Shown: positions 26,801-39,128 of the stretch, in pieces
How the letters are laid out: the number at the start of each line of letters is the position of its first letter
Numbering within the stretch: the stretch's first letter is position 1
Assembly (NCBI GenBank): GCA_031835245.2
Contig: JAVKOQ020000048.1
Coordinates: forward strand, 186,001 to 250,000
Reading direction: 5' to 3'
Length of the DNA: 64,000 bases
From: Balamuthia mandrillaris
Lineage: Eukaryota
Made by a program: the position numbers and the translations under genes
Notes under the pieces: generated by a model
Seen by the model: only the letters and a program-made list of their open reading frames with translations
Told to the model about the DNA's origin: nothing
Database searches by the model: none

Positions 26801-29800
26801 TACCACCCAGCTGATTGCAAACCTGTCCCATGCCGACTGGAAAGTTCGTAAAACGGCCCTGGACGAAGTAGAAAAGATACTCAAGGAAGCCAACATGAAG
26901 ATTCAGTGCGCCAAGGGATTGGATTCCCTCGTCCAGATCCTCAAAGTTCGTCTGAAGGACTCGAACGGGAACGTCGCCTTGCTTGCCACCAAGCTTGTGG
27001 GCTCTATGGCAACAGCGGCGGGTGCTCCCTTCGAACGCTATCTCAAGTTCTTGGCGCCAACAATCTTTTCCCTATTGACCGACTCTAGGAAAGCTTTGCG
27101 AGACTATGCGATTGCAAGCCTTGATGCTTGGTCGGCAGCCGTAGGAATTGATGCCTTTGTGCCTTATTTGGTGGATGCGATTGCCGTAAACAGTCCCACT
27201 TCACGTAAGGAGAGTTTGGGATGGTTCATCAAGTACCGGGCAAACCTTTCGAAGGATGTGGACACTCAACCCCTCGTAAAACCCGCCATACAGGCCCTTC
27301 TGGACAGAAATGTGGAGGTTAGGCAGCTAGCTGAGACAGCGCTTGCAGATCTCATCCCTAAGACCCCTACCGCTACCCTGCAGGCTGCACTCGTTGGGCT
27401 TCCTCCCGCCTCCAAGAAGGATGTGCAAACTGTGTTGAAACGTTACTTAGCCCCTCCTGTTAGCGACACCGCAGCAACCAGCTCTGGCTCTCTTGCTAGA
27501 GCTGTTAAGACAAGCCTTGCTCAACAACAACAGGGACGAGGAAGGAGCACTGGCACTCTGCAACCCAGAGCAATTGAGCGTGGTCGAAGTCGTCCCGGAA
27601 CTCCTGGCGGATCGTCCACGCCGGGCAGTCGCACCTCTAGTCGCCCCAGCAGCCGTGCTGGAAGTCGTGCTGGAAGTCGCGCCGGAAGCCGCGCCGGCTC
27701 TCGTGCTTCTTCGCCCTCGCCCACGCGCAGATCTTCTGCTGCACGCACTCCCGGCAGTGCAAAACAAACCACAACATCCGCTTCTCGCTCGTCATCGGGA
27801 GCTGTCAAGAGAGTTGCTGCCAATCTCCCTCTCTCCAAGAACGATGATAAGGAAATGCGAGCGCAGATGGATGAGCGGTTGGATGGTGGACACTGGCGCT
27901 TCAAGGTGCCTACGCCAGAGCATTTGCAATTCTTGGCCGACCAGATGAAGCCTTGTGTTTCTGCTGAACTGCATGGCTTGTTGTTCTCCAAGGACTTTAG
28001 ACAACACCGAGAAGCTATTCGGTTGTTGGAGACTTACCTGCAACAGTACTTTGCAGAGACTTATTGCAATTTGGATGTCATTCTCAAGTGGTGCACTCTG
28101 CGGTTCTTTGACACCAACACCACCACCCAAGGCAAGACCTTGGCTTACCTGCTGCAGCTCCTGGAGGCATTAGACCAGAACGACTGTCGCCTCAGCGACT
28201 ATGAGGCTTCCGTTCTTCTGCCTGCGTTGATAGAACTTGCCGGACAAGGAGAAACTCACGCTCAGCCGATTCGGGAGCTTTTCAAGGTCATTCCAAGGGT
28301 GTATCCCGCTAGCAAGTTGCTGGACTACTTGGTGGACGCTATCGCAAGTTCTAAGAGCCCCCGCAGCCGTGCTGAGTGCCTCCAACAAATGGCCTCACTG
28401 GTACGGCGACAGGGTTTGACGGCTTGCAGCAGTCCTTCTACCGTTCTCCCTACTGTTCTTCGCTTCGTTACGGATAAGGTGGCCCCGGTGAGACAGGCCG
28501 CCTTGGCCTTCATGCAGCAAGCTCACCTTCACGTTGGCGACGATATCTGGGCCTATTTGGGCTCTGTAACTGAGACTCAGAAGGCTCTCATCATTCAGAC
28601 GTTGGGAACTGACGCCCCTCCCTCCCCCGCTCCAGCCACCTCTGTTTCACGTTTGTTTGAAGCCGCCGCCTCGCCTGATGTTCCGCTTTCCACAACCAAG
28701 ACTGCCAGTAGTCAGAGAATCGCTGCATCTGTGCCTCGCACCCAATCAACTCCCAACATGAAGCATGTGGAGACAAACTCTGGCCTAACCCCAAGCAAAC
28801 CCACTCCGCAGAAGAAATCCTTCAGCTTAGGGCTGGACGAACTGGAACCTACAACAGTCGCTGCTCCAGCACCCAAGAAGAGTATAGAGATGCCAGCGCT
28901 GGCCTCCACCACGCTTTCTTCCGAGTTCTCGGATATGCCGACTCCCTCTTTGCCCTCTCGCTTCGTTGCCAAAACTCAGCCATCGTCTGTTCAAAAGGAA
29001 ACTAAGACGGAAGCCGCTTCTCCGGCTGCTGACAGTGACCAAAGCAAGTCCTCTGTGCGCACCATCATTAACTCGTGGTCCCAATTAATCATGAGCGGGG
29101 ACGCCAACGCCATTGTCTCTACCACCATGCTCATCGGCAAAAAGGTGGAAGAAAACCAGGCTCCCTTCATCGGCACTAGCGACGCATTGGTGCAGGCCAT
29201 GCACATCCAGCTTCAGAAGAACCTAAGCAGCCAGACAACTTTGACGAGAGACACCAACCGTCAGTGTAAATATATTCTGAATGCGTTGCTCAAGATCTTC
29301 CAGCACAGCAGCATTGCCTCCGTTCTCTCCCTTCAGTCCATCAAGCCATTGCTACAGCTGCTGTTGGAATCTATGCTTGACTCACGGGTGCCGGAGCAGG
29401 AGAAGGGCGCCATCTACAAAGGCATTCAAACTTTAGTGGCTAAGATGCTCCGCAACTCGGATCAGACCGTCATGTTTGCCACTTTGTTGCAGAGTCTCTC
29501 TCAATCTTTGAGCGAACCGGGCAACTACCCCAAGACCATCCCTCAGATTATCACCAAGGGCTTGTTAAAGGTCACTCAAGTCCTAAAGACCACTATCGAC
29601 AACATCGATCTTGACCAGTTGCTCTACGAAATCCATTGCTTCCTCCAGCTGCACGCCCACCACCAGGAATATTCTAAGCTAATCCGCAGTCTCCTGAAGG
29701 AGATTGTTAACCTAAAGGGCAGGACCGTCTCAAACCATCTAAGCCGTGTGCCTGTGAGGCAGTATCCTACTCCTCATCTTGTCTCCATCCTCAACGACCT

Positions 29801-30625
29801 CCAGAAAGAGCAGTACGGCATGGAGGCACCCTCCCCATCATCCCTTCCAGGTGAAGCAACCAACCAAGCCAAGTTGGAGCTTGCTTCCATCTTCCGGTTG
29901 TTGGGCCAGAAGGATCGTGTGGAAGAGGGACTGCAAAAGCTCTACCAGTACAAGCAGGACCATCCTGACATTGACATCCAGCCCCATCTCAGCGAGGCTA
30001 CTCCCCAGTTCCAGGCCTACATCCGCACTGGCCTCTGCAAGCTAGCCGAAAAGAACCAAGATCCCCAACAAGAAAACAAAGGTAGGTTTTTCTTCTCTAC
30101 TTCTCGTCTATCCCTCTCTTGATGCTATTTCTCACCACGAAGGGAGGTACCACAGATCCCATGCTGACTGGTGATTCACTTAAACACAAAGAAGATGGTT
30201 CTTCCTACATGGAAAAGCTACGTTCCTTGCAAAAGAAATATGGATTGTCCACTCGCCCAGCGGCCTCCTCTGCAACATCGGTGATAGCTCCCTTGCAGCC
30301 AGCCAACGGAGCCACTAAGAGCAGCATACTTTCTGCTCCTTCCGCAACGACCACCAACCAAACAAGCGATGCCATCTCTAGCATTCGTCAGAGACTGCAG
30401 CAAGCCACCCAAAGCACTTCTTTACGCTCCACCGCCGGTTCTCAGCTGGATATCGCACAGGGAATCAGCTCTACCACCCCATCCTCGTTCTCTACCGCTG
30501 CCCCTTCCACCTCCGCCACAACATCAGACAGCATAAGCCACCTACGGAGTCGCCTCGAGTCCATCAAGAAGGGTGCCCTCAGCAACAGCCCTTCTTCAAA
30601 CACTCTTTCATCAACACCATCTTAA
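23859..30625 (+). CDS. CKAP5: XMAP215/Dis1/ch-TOG family microtubule polymerase (CP224-like)
   Basis: Repeated TOG openers (KWKVRK, SSKWKDRKE, ASWKQRL, ADWKVRK, FSKDFRQH), HEAT repeats, ESNFQV, NLDVILKW..LRFFDTN. Confidence 0.95.
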
Positions 30626-30673
30626 ATTTCCAGCCGAAATTGTTGTATTTTGTTTCTTGGAAAAAATGTCTAC

Positions 30674-30695
30674 AAAAATCGCGATTTTTCCCGCC
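30674..30695 (+). promoter_or_regulatory. 16-bp palindrome overlapping an E2F-like site upstream of POLD1
   Basis: AAAAATCGCGATTTTT (30674-30689) overlaps TTTCCCGCC (30687-30695). Confidence 0.5.
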
Positions 30696-30849
30696 TTGTT
30701 TTTTTCGTTGCCCGCCTTTTTCTTCTCTTTCCCCTTTTCTTTCCCCCTTTTTTTTTTCAAGTGCGACACCCGTCTTCTTCTTCGAAGGGGGGAAAAAGAA
30801 AGAAACAGCAAGAGGAACAAGAGGAAGAACAACAGGAAGGCACAACACC

Positions 30850-33800
30850 ATGAAGAGAGGAGCTGACTGGGAGGAGGAGTTCGAAGAAGAGGACGACATA
30901 GAGGAAGAGGAGGACGCGTGGGAGGAGGACGACACGGAACATGAAGAACCCCTTTTGGAGGAAAACGAATCGGAGGAAGGTGGCCCTAGTAGCATGGCCT
31001 TGGCCGCACCCCAAACTAACAAACGCAAGCGTGGCAGGGCGGAACCGCGCAAAGGCTTGGAGGCCAAGCCTGACACTCTTGAGCTGGAATGGGCTGACCC
31101 AAGAGATACAAAAGGACCCAACGGCCGGTGGCCTCGCCTGCCTTTGCCACGACAAGTGGATCCCTCCAGAGATGTCTTGAGTATGTTATTTGCCTTCTTC
31201 TTTGCCCCCTTTTCTTCCTGATCTGCTTGCTCCATGTTTACCTTGGTTGCCTCCTTCAAGCTTTCCAACAAATGGACATCGACTACACATTGGGGGATCC
31301 CGTGGCAGGCATGTCCAGCATAACGGTTGGTACGGTGCCCATCATCCGCCTTTTTGGGCTGACGCAAGAGGGACACAGCGTTATGGCCAACATACACGGC
31401 TTCATGCCCTACTTTTTCATACCCGCCCCAGAAGGCTTTCGCCAGAACCATTGTACTGCTCTCAGAATTGCTCTTAACGTTAGTTCCAACTCTCTTGTTC
31501 TTTCTCTTTTCTCTTTTCTCTTTTCTCTTTGCTCTTTTTTCTCTTTGCTCTTTTTTCTCTTTTCTCTTTTCTCTTTCTCTTTCTCTTTTCTCTTTTCTCT
31601 TTCTCTTTCTCTTTCTTTTTGTTTTGTTTCCTCTTCTAAAACAACAACAGAAACGGTTAGATCAGAAGGCTCAGGCACGAGACAAAAGACAGGACTACGT
31701 ATTGGAAGTCGAGATAGAACAGAAAGAGTCCATCTACGGCTTTCACGCGGGCAGAAAAAAACCCTTTCTACGGATAACGTTGGCCTCTCCTAGGCTCGTT
31801 CCTTCGTGCAGAGACATTGTGGAGATGGGCATTTTTATCGATGGGGTTGGTGATCGGGCGTTTACCACCTACGAGTCCAATATTGCCTTTGTGTTACGCT
31901 TCATGATTGACCGAAACATCGTGGGAGCCGACTGGGTCGCCCTCCAACCAGGCACCTATAACCTTGCTTCGAAACCCTCCTCTAACTGCCAAATTGAGGT
32001 CGACGTCCCGTATCCTTTTTTAACTGTGTAACAACTGCTACTTTCCTCCTTTCTTGTAGTTTTTCCCTTCACTTGAACCAACATCTAGATTTAATTTGGT
32101 TTCCAGTCATCCTCCCAATACCGAAGAGTGGCAAAAGATAGCGCCCCTACGCATTCTTAGTTTCGGTACTGCCTTCTCTATGATCCTTCCCCAAACCTAC
32201 TCCCTACTTTCTACTCTCTCTCTCTCTCTCTCTTCCTTCCTTCCTTAAGAAAGTTCACATTGCGGCTCTCCTTCCACAAATGCAGACATTGAATGTGCAG
32301 GCCGAAAAGGAGTTTTCCCAGAACCAGAGAACGATCCCGTCATTCAAATAGCGAATATAGTGACGATACAAGGCCAGTCCAAGCCCTTCATTCGTAACAT
32401 TTTCACCGTCAACCAATGCAGCCCTATTGTCGGCACAGATGTACGCTGTTACAAAACAGAGGCTGAGATGTTGCTTGCTTGGCGCAATTTTGTGCGTGCC
32501 TGTGACCCCGACATCATGACTGGCTATAACACGGTTAACTTCGACACATGGTACCTCATCAAGCGAGCCAGTCAGTTGAAGGTTCTTTTATTTCTCGTTG
32601 TTATTGTTTATTCATTGTGTCAGTCTATTTATGCCCTCTCCTCTTTTGTCTGAAACCAGATTTCAGAGTTTCCCTTCCTTGGACGATTGAATGACCAACG
32701 ATCTGTTATCAAGGAAACTACGTTTTCGTCCAAAGCCTTTGGCAAGAGAGACACCAAGGAAATTCGCATCAGTGGACGTGTGCAATTCGACATGCTAATG
32801 GTTATACAACGAAACTACAAGTTGCGGTCGTATACGTTGAACTCCGTCTCGGCTGAGTTCCTGAATGAGCAGAAGGAAGATGTGCACCACTCTATTATTT
32901 CAGATCTCTTTAATGGTTCTAATGAAGATCGTCATCGCTTAGCCGTTTATTGTCTGAAGGTTGGCTTCTCTATAAGCACTTTTCTTTTTCTTTTTTTTAA
33001 TAACCTCTCTCTCTCTCTCTTTCTCCCTGTGGTATATCAGGATGCATATTTGCCTCAAAGGTTGATGGATAAGCTCATGTGCATATTTGACTACATAGAG
33101 ATGGCACGTGTGACGGGCGTGCCTATCAGCTATCTTCTTACACGTGGTCAGCAAATTAAAGTCTTGTCACAACTGTACAGAATGGCCATGACAGAAGACC
33201 TCCTTATCCCTGCCTTGAAAGTAAATCGTAAGTAGAAAAGGCCAGTTCTTTCATAGTCTCTTCTTCTAAATCGACTTCATATCTGTTTGCTTGATTCACT
33301 TTTATCAGGCCCCAAGACGGATGATAAAGGCCAAAAGGGATATGAAGGAGCCATCGTTATCTCTCCTAAAACTGGCTTTTATGAGCAACCCATTGCCACT
33401 CTGGATTTCTCTTCGCTGTATCCATCCATAATGATTGCGCACAATCTTTGCTACTCCACCCTCATCAACCCGGCCACAATTTCTCAACTATCACCCGATT
33501 CCTACGAGCGCAGTCCCACTGGCGGTACGTCCATGATAACAAAGCCTCAGTTCGCCATGTGCTAAATTACCCCTCCAAAGATTACTTTGTCAAGTCAACA
33601 GTAAAGCCAGGCATCTTGCCTCGTATCTTGGAAACCCTTCTTGAAGCTCGCGCCAGAGCCAAGGCCGCACTGAAGAATGAGACTGATCCATTCAAGAAAG
33701 CAGTGTTGAATGGCAGACAACTTGCCCTTAAGGTCAGTGCCAACTCCGTGTATGGCTTCACAGGAGCTACCATTGGCAAACTCCCATGCTTGGAAATATC

Positions 33801-35358
33801 AGCTAGCGTAACGGCCTATGGCAGAGAAATGATTTTGTTGACTCAGCAGGTACATATGGGTCCTGTCTGATTTTCCTTTGCTAGGAGAGTAACATTTTTT
33901 TCTGGTTTTGTATTGCAGAAAGTGTTGGAGAAATACACGGTGGAAAACGGTTATGCCCATGACGCCGATGTCATCTATGGTGACACTGACTCAGTGATGG
34001 TCAAGTTTGGTGTGGACAGCGTGCCGGAAGCAATGAAACTCGGCAGAGAGGCAGCTCAATTTGTTACAGGCTTCTTCAGGCGCCCCATTCAGCTCGAATT
34101 CGAAAAGGTGTACTGCCCTTACCTTCTCATCAACAAAAAACGCTACGCTGGGCTCTTTTGGACTAAACCCAACAAATACGATCACATGGATGCCAAGGGT
34201 ATTGAGGTATTATTGTCGTTACATACCACACTACGCCACGCCACATTTCCTTCATCGTTTTCTCTGAGAGGGTCTTAACAAGCTTCCTTTTCAATTCTTC
34301 AGACCATACGCCGAGATAATTGCCCCCTCGTTAAAAACGTTATTCAAACTTCACTTGACAAGATTCTGATTGACCGCGACCTACAAGGGGCTGTTGAGTA
34401 TGGATTGCACCTTGTTTACCTCATGCCAAATACTTACTTTTATTCTCTTATGACGGATTCAGTTATGTGAAGCAAATCATATCGGACTTGTTGTGCAACA
34501 AGCTCGATGTATCGCTCCTGGTGATAACCAAGGCTTTGTCTCGTAAGTCGGATGAATATACAGCCAAACAGGCTCATGTGGAACTTGCATTGCGGATGAG
34601 AAAACGTGATCCCGGAAGCGCGCCCGTTGTTGGTGATCGTGTCCCTTATGTTATTGTCAAGGCCGCCAAGGGAGCGCGAGCCTATGAAAAGGCAGAAGAT
34701 CCATTGTGGGTTTTGGAAAACAACATTCCGCTTGATGCTCAGTATTATCTTCACCAGCAGTTGGCCAATCCGCTGATGCGCATCTTCCGGCCCATTCTTC
34801 CCAACCCGGAAAGTCTCCTGCAAGGAGAACACACCCGCAGCATGTCTTTGCCTACTCCCACCGTTGGTGGTATAGTGCGATTTGCGCAGAAAACGCTGAG
34901 CTGCATTGGCTGCAAGTCGCCCTTACCTCATGGAGGTGCGCTCCTATCTCCTTTTTTAAGCTTCGTGTTGTTGTCTGTTTTTGCTTGCATGCCCTTCCCA
35001 GTTACTAAAAGCCCCAAATCAGAGAAAACGGTTTGCAAGTATTGCAAACATCATGAACCTGAAATATTCCAGGAGCAACTGGGCAAAGTTCAAACGCTGG
35101 AAAAAGAATTTTCAGCTGCTTGGACACAGTGCCAAAGGTGCCAAGGCAGTTTCCACCAAACCGTTCTTTGCACGAGGTACGTGAACGCTTCTTTTGATTG
35201 TCTTCCTGGAAACATCCCAAAGCCATTGACTGACTGTTACCATTTCCTCAACCCAATTAAGCCGAGATTGCCCCATATTCTACATGCGCAAAAAGATTCA
35301 GAAAGACCTGGACGATGCCCACAAGCTAGTTGAACGATTTGATGAGTTGAGCTGGTGA
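30850..35358 (+). CDS. POLD1: DNA polymerase delta catalytic subunit
   Basis: Exonuclease motifs SF|DIEC and GYNTVNFD; polymerase motifs [34 protein letters not shown]; CysA (CIGC..CKYC) and CysB (CQRC..C..DCPIF). Confidence 0.97.
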
Positions 35359-35478
35359 ACAGGCTTTTTAGCTCCTCACCTCAAAATGCAATGAATTTAT
35401 GTATCATCTTTATTTTTTTTTTCAAAAAAAAAAATGCAACATTTAATGGCACAGAGTTTGGCGCTTTTTCAGCCTAAG

Positions 35479-37875
35479 TTAGTACCCCTCTTCGTATTCA
35501 TGTTCAGCATCGCGCTGAGGGGGGGGAGGAGGGGGCAAGCAACTCTCCATCTCTTGGTACTGCGTAGTTTGAGGAGGCGGGGTGCTTGGTAGAGGGGGAG
35601 GAGCACGCGGGCTTGTTGCGGGAGGAATAGGGGGAGGTGCACGTGGGCTGGGCGCCGGGGATAGAGTTCGAGGAGGAGGTTTCATAGTGCTGGCCCCGCT
35701 GTGCATAGCAACGGGTGGTGGTTTGGAGATGGCTTGACGACGAACATTTGAAGCCGAGTAAGATTTGGTGAGGGTGGGCGCAGCGTTGCCCTCCTCACTT
35801 TCTTCGTCGTAGGAAACCGTTGCGTGTTCTCCACTGGAGGAAAGCCTTCGCATGGTAGAGACATTTGGCGAGTAGCCATCCTGCGAGCTATCATATCCAC
35901 CGCCGCGTGGTGAGACAGGCCGAGCTCCCTCGCTAAAGGCTCTGCTTCTATCGTCGCCACCTATCCTATCTGTATTTCGGCGCCCAATGATGTTGGAAGC
36001 AGGCAAAGCTGCCGAGCGGTGAGAGTTGAGGGCAACCGAGATCTCCGTCATAAGTTCCTGGAGTCGTGGCTTTAACTTGGCACCATCTTTGGAAGAGGCA
36101 ATCATTTTTTCAATGTCAATGGCGGGATTTGGGATGTCAAAAAGGGTCTGGTTGCTGGTGCTAAGGCAACCCTTCAGGGCTTGCAAAACTCCAATGTTGC
36201 TACCGTTGTTGTCTAAGTTGAGGTAAGTAAGAGAGCGATTGTTTCGCAATTGTTCACACACCGCTAACATATCCTTGAGGTGGCAGCAAAATTAGTTAAT
36301 GGGCTCGTCCGAACGAACAAATAATAACAAGGACAAGGAGACATACTTTGGAACCAATCTTATTGCCGCTGATGTCCAACTCGGTAAGTGTACGATTCTC
36401 CACAAGTGCTTCGAATATTTTGGCGAGTTGCGATCCGTAAAAGAAATGCTTGCCATCACCAGCAATGAGCAGTGTTTGGAGTGAAGGCGTAGAGCTCAAG
36501 AGCTGACACAGGCTTTCAGTGAGGGGCTTGAGTGGCTTCTTGGAGGAGGCTAAATTAAAGGAGAGATCCAAGCACCCCAAAGGAAGGACGGAGGAATGTT
36601 GAACTAAGCCATCAACGATCTTCTGAACACCCGTTGCCTTAAGCTTGTTGTCCCGCAATATCAAGGTGTGCAAATTGTTCTCATTGGCCTTGATGCCCAT
36701 GAAGGCACGAGCTACATTTTCGGCTCCAACTGCAGTTAGGTCGTTTCCGGAGAAGTCGAATTTTAGTCCCACTGCATGACCATCTTCGTATCTTTGGACA
36801 TTGGGCGTAACCTTCGGCAAGTGTGCGTTGTTAAAAGCAGATACCATGAGCGCCTCGATGCCGTCCGGGTCCAGTTTGGTATAGCTCAGGTTAAGGTAGT
36901 CCAGGCATTTGCTCTGCGAGAGGAACAAACTGAGAGCCTGCGTGCCATTTTTGTCCATTTTGTTGAAGGAGAGATCGAGGTGGCTGAGGGTGCCCATTGG
37001 ACCCAATCTAAGGGATGTGACAATGGGGGCAACGCCTAGATCCATGTCGGAGAGGTACAAGCGAGCAAGGTTTCCTTTGCCCTCCTTCAGCTCTATCAAC
37101 CAATCAGCTAAAGCCTTGGTGCCCGCAGTCCCGCAATGGTTCTTGGAGAGATCCAACTCTTCAAGGGCTGATGAGAGGAAGGCATTGTCTCTGCAGGGAT
37201 GAAGGGACAAGGCAACACCCTTATCAGCCTTCGTGGATCATCAAGCCGAACAGCAAGAAAGCAATATTTACCTTAGCGCTTGGCACAAGGCAGCGATGCC
37301 TTTTGAGCCAATGGCGTTATCCGCAAGGTAGAGCTTGGTCAAGCCGTGCTGCAAAGAAGTTAAGCCAGCAGCAAGCCCCGCCACACCTTTGTCACCCATT
37401 TTGTTGGCTGAGAAATCGAGTTCGAGTAGTTTGTTCATTGTGTTCGTTTTGATTGACTCTCCTATAAGCACAAATCCCTCAGGTGGAGCGTCTAGGTTAC
37501 GCAGAACCACACGAGTCAGTGTTTTGTTGTGCGCCAAAGGATCTGCAAATCCTTCCACGGCCTCCTTCCTGCCAGCCACACCCCTCAGTTCGAAAGCCGT
37601 GAAGTAAGGGTTGTAGCGCAGAGCAGCCAATGCCGGGGTCAGAGAAAACGAGAACTCGGTCTTGGCTTCTATACCAGGGCAGCTAGAAAGGTCTAAGACA
37701 GTCTTTCCGCCGCTAGAACTATCTGCTATAAATGTCATAAAATCGTTGCTTTCAGGCAGTAGATGGAAAGCACACCAGCCCTTATATACCGACACCAAAC
37801 CAGCCGCTGGTCCTTCCTCGGCCAGCTCTCCCTCTGGCATGCTGTGTTACCATCATCAGCACTTGAGGCTTGTGG

Positions 37876-37918
<43 letters not shown>

Positions 37919-38723
37919 CGCATAACGAAAGTACCTAGTCGCAGGACCAGAAATAACAGCACGAGCAGTTGAGGGGAAATGGTGGCTAATTCTGTTGATT
38001 TGAGTACGAATAATCTTCACAGTAGAAGGTATGTCCAGAGCCATACATTCTATGTGAAACGACGGCCATTTGAGGACAAGCTATGCAAGTAGAGAGTAGT
38101 CACAACAAAGCCGAGTCAATCAACAGTTACTCTGATGCAAAGCAATAAGGATTGTAACAAAGGTACCCTCTCTACCGCATCGTCAACGATAATGCTTCTA
38201 AGGTCGAAGAGATGGCCTTGCCGTTGCACCTGTTCAAATGGTAAGAGGGACGAGTGCTTAGCAGGTGGGCGAAGCGGGGAAAAAGGGCAACACCACAGAG
38301 AAGCAACTTACACTTTTTGAGAACTTGCTAAACTTGAGGGAATAAATGCGATACTCTCCTACCACCAAAAGCCTGTCTTGAATCTTTAACCGCTTCTTTT
38401 TGAGAACCCAGGTCATCCATTGTATGTTGTCATTGTGCTGGGCCGCTATTTGCTCTGCAAACTCTGAAATAAAATTGTGAATCACACGTTTTTTCATCGA
38501 GGAAAAAAAAATAGTGTCAATCCTCCGCAAAGTGATCACTTCGTTGCAAGTGGTATTGTGTGGTGGTGATAGGGAGTGTGGTTGGCTTCCGGCTGTCCAC
38601 TACCGCCGAGGGAGAAGAAAGAGGAGAAGGGGCAACCGGAAGAAAACAAAAACTAACGGGGGAAAGGGTGAACTTACTTTGCTCAGCAGGAAGCACCTTT
38701 TTCTCTTTTTCGGCAGACTGCAT
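35479..38723 (-). CDS. CARMIL/Acan125-like protein (PH-like N-terminus, LRRs, Pro-rich tail)
   Basis: QDRLLVVGEYRIY...GHLFDL, ALRYNPYFT, many RI-type LRRs (LDFSANKMGDKG, LDISGNKIG), and a polyproline tail. No clear CPI motif was seen. Confidence 0.75.
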
Positions 38724-39128
38724 TGTGAACTTTTTCTCTTTTTCGGCAGACTGCTGATACACCAACAACCTGCTGCTGGCCAGCAGTGAACCCAAGAATG
38801 TAACAAGCGGGTGGTTGGGGGTCCTTGGCGGCAACTTAGCTGCAGTGGAAGGAAAACCTTGGCTCTCTCTCTGTCACACACCAAACCGCCAATAATAATA
38901 ATAAAAAATTAAAAGAGGGGTCTTTCCTTCGCTGGGGGGGGCAAAGCAAGCGATGAAAAGTCCATTATTATTGTCGATATAAATAATAATGACAATAATA
39001 GGAAGGCGCCCTCATCATTAATTAATTAATAGTGGAGCCCACAATAGCAAAAGTGCCCCCGTTGTTCGCGTTTTTGGTTATTCTTACGCCGATCGGCGCT
39101 GGCGTGAAAACTTAGCGTAAGGAATGGC

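Noticed and set aside
27640..27710. SRAG tandem peptide repeat in CKAP5
   Set aside because: An ordinary Ser/Arg-rich basic linker between TOG domains.
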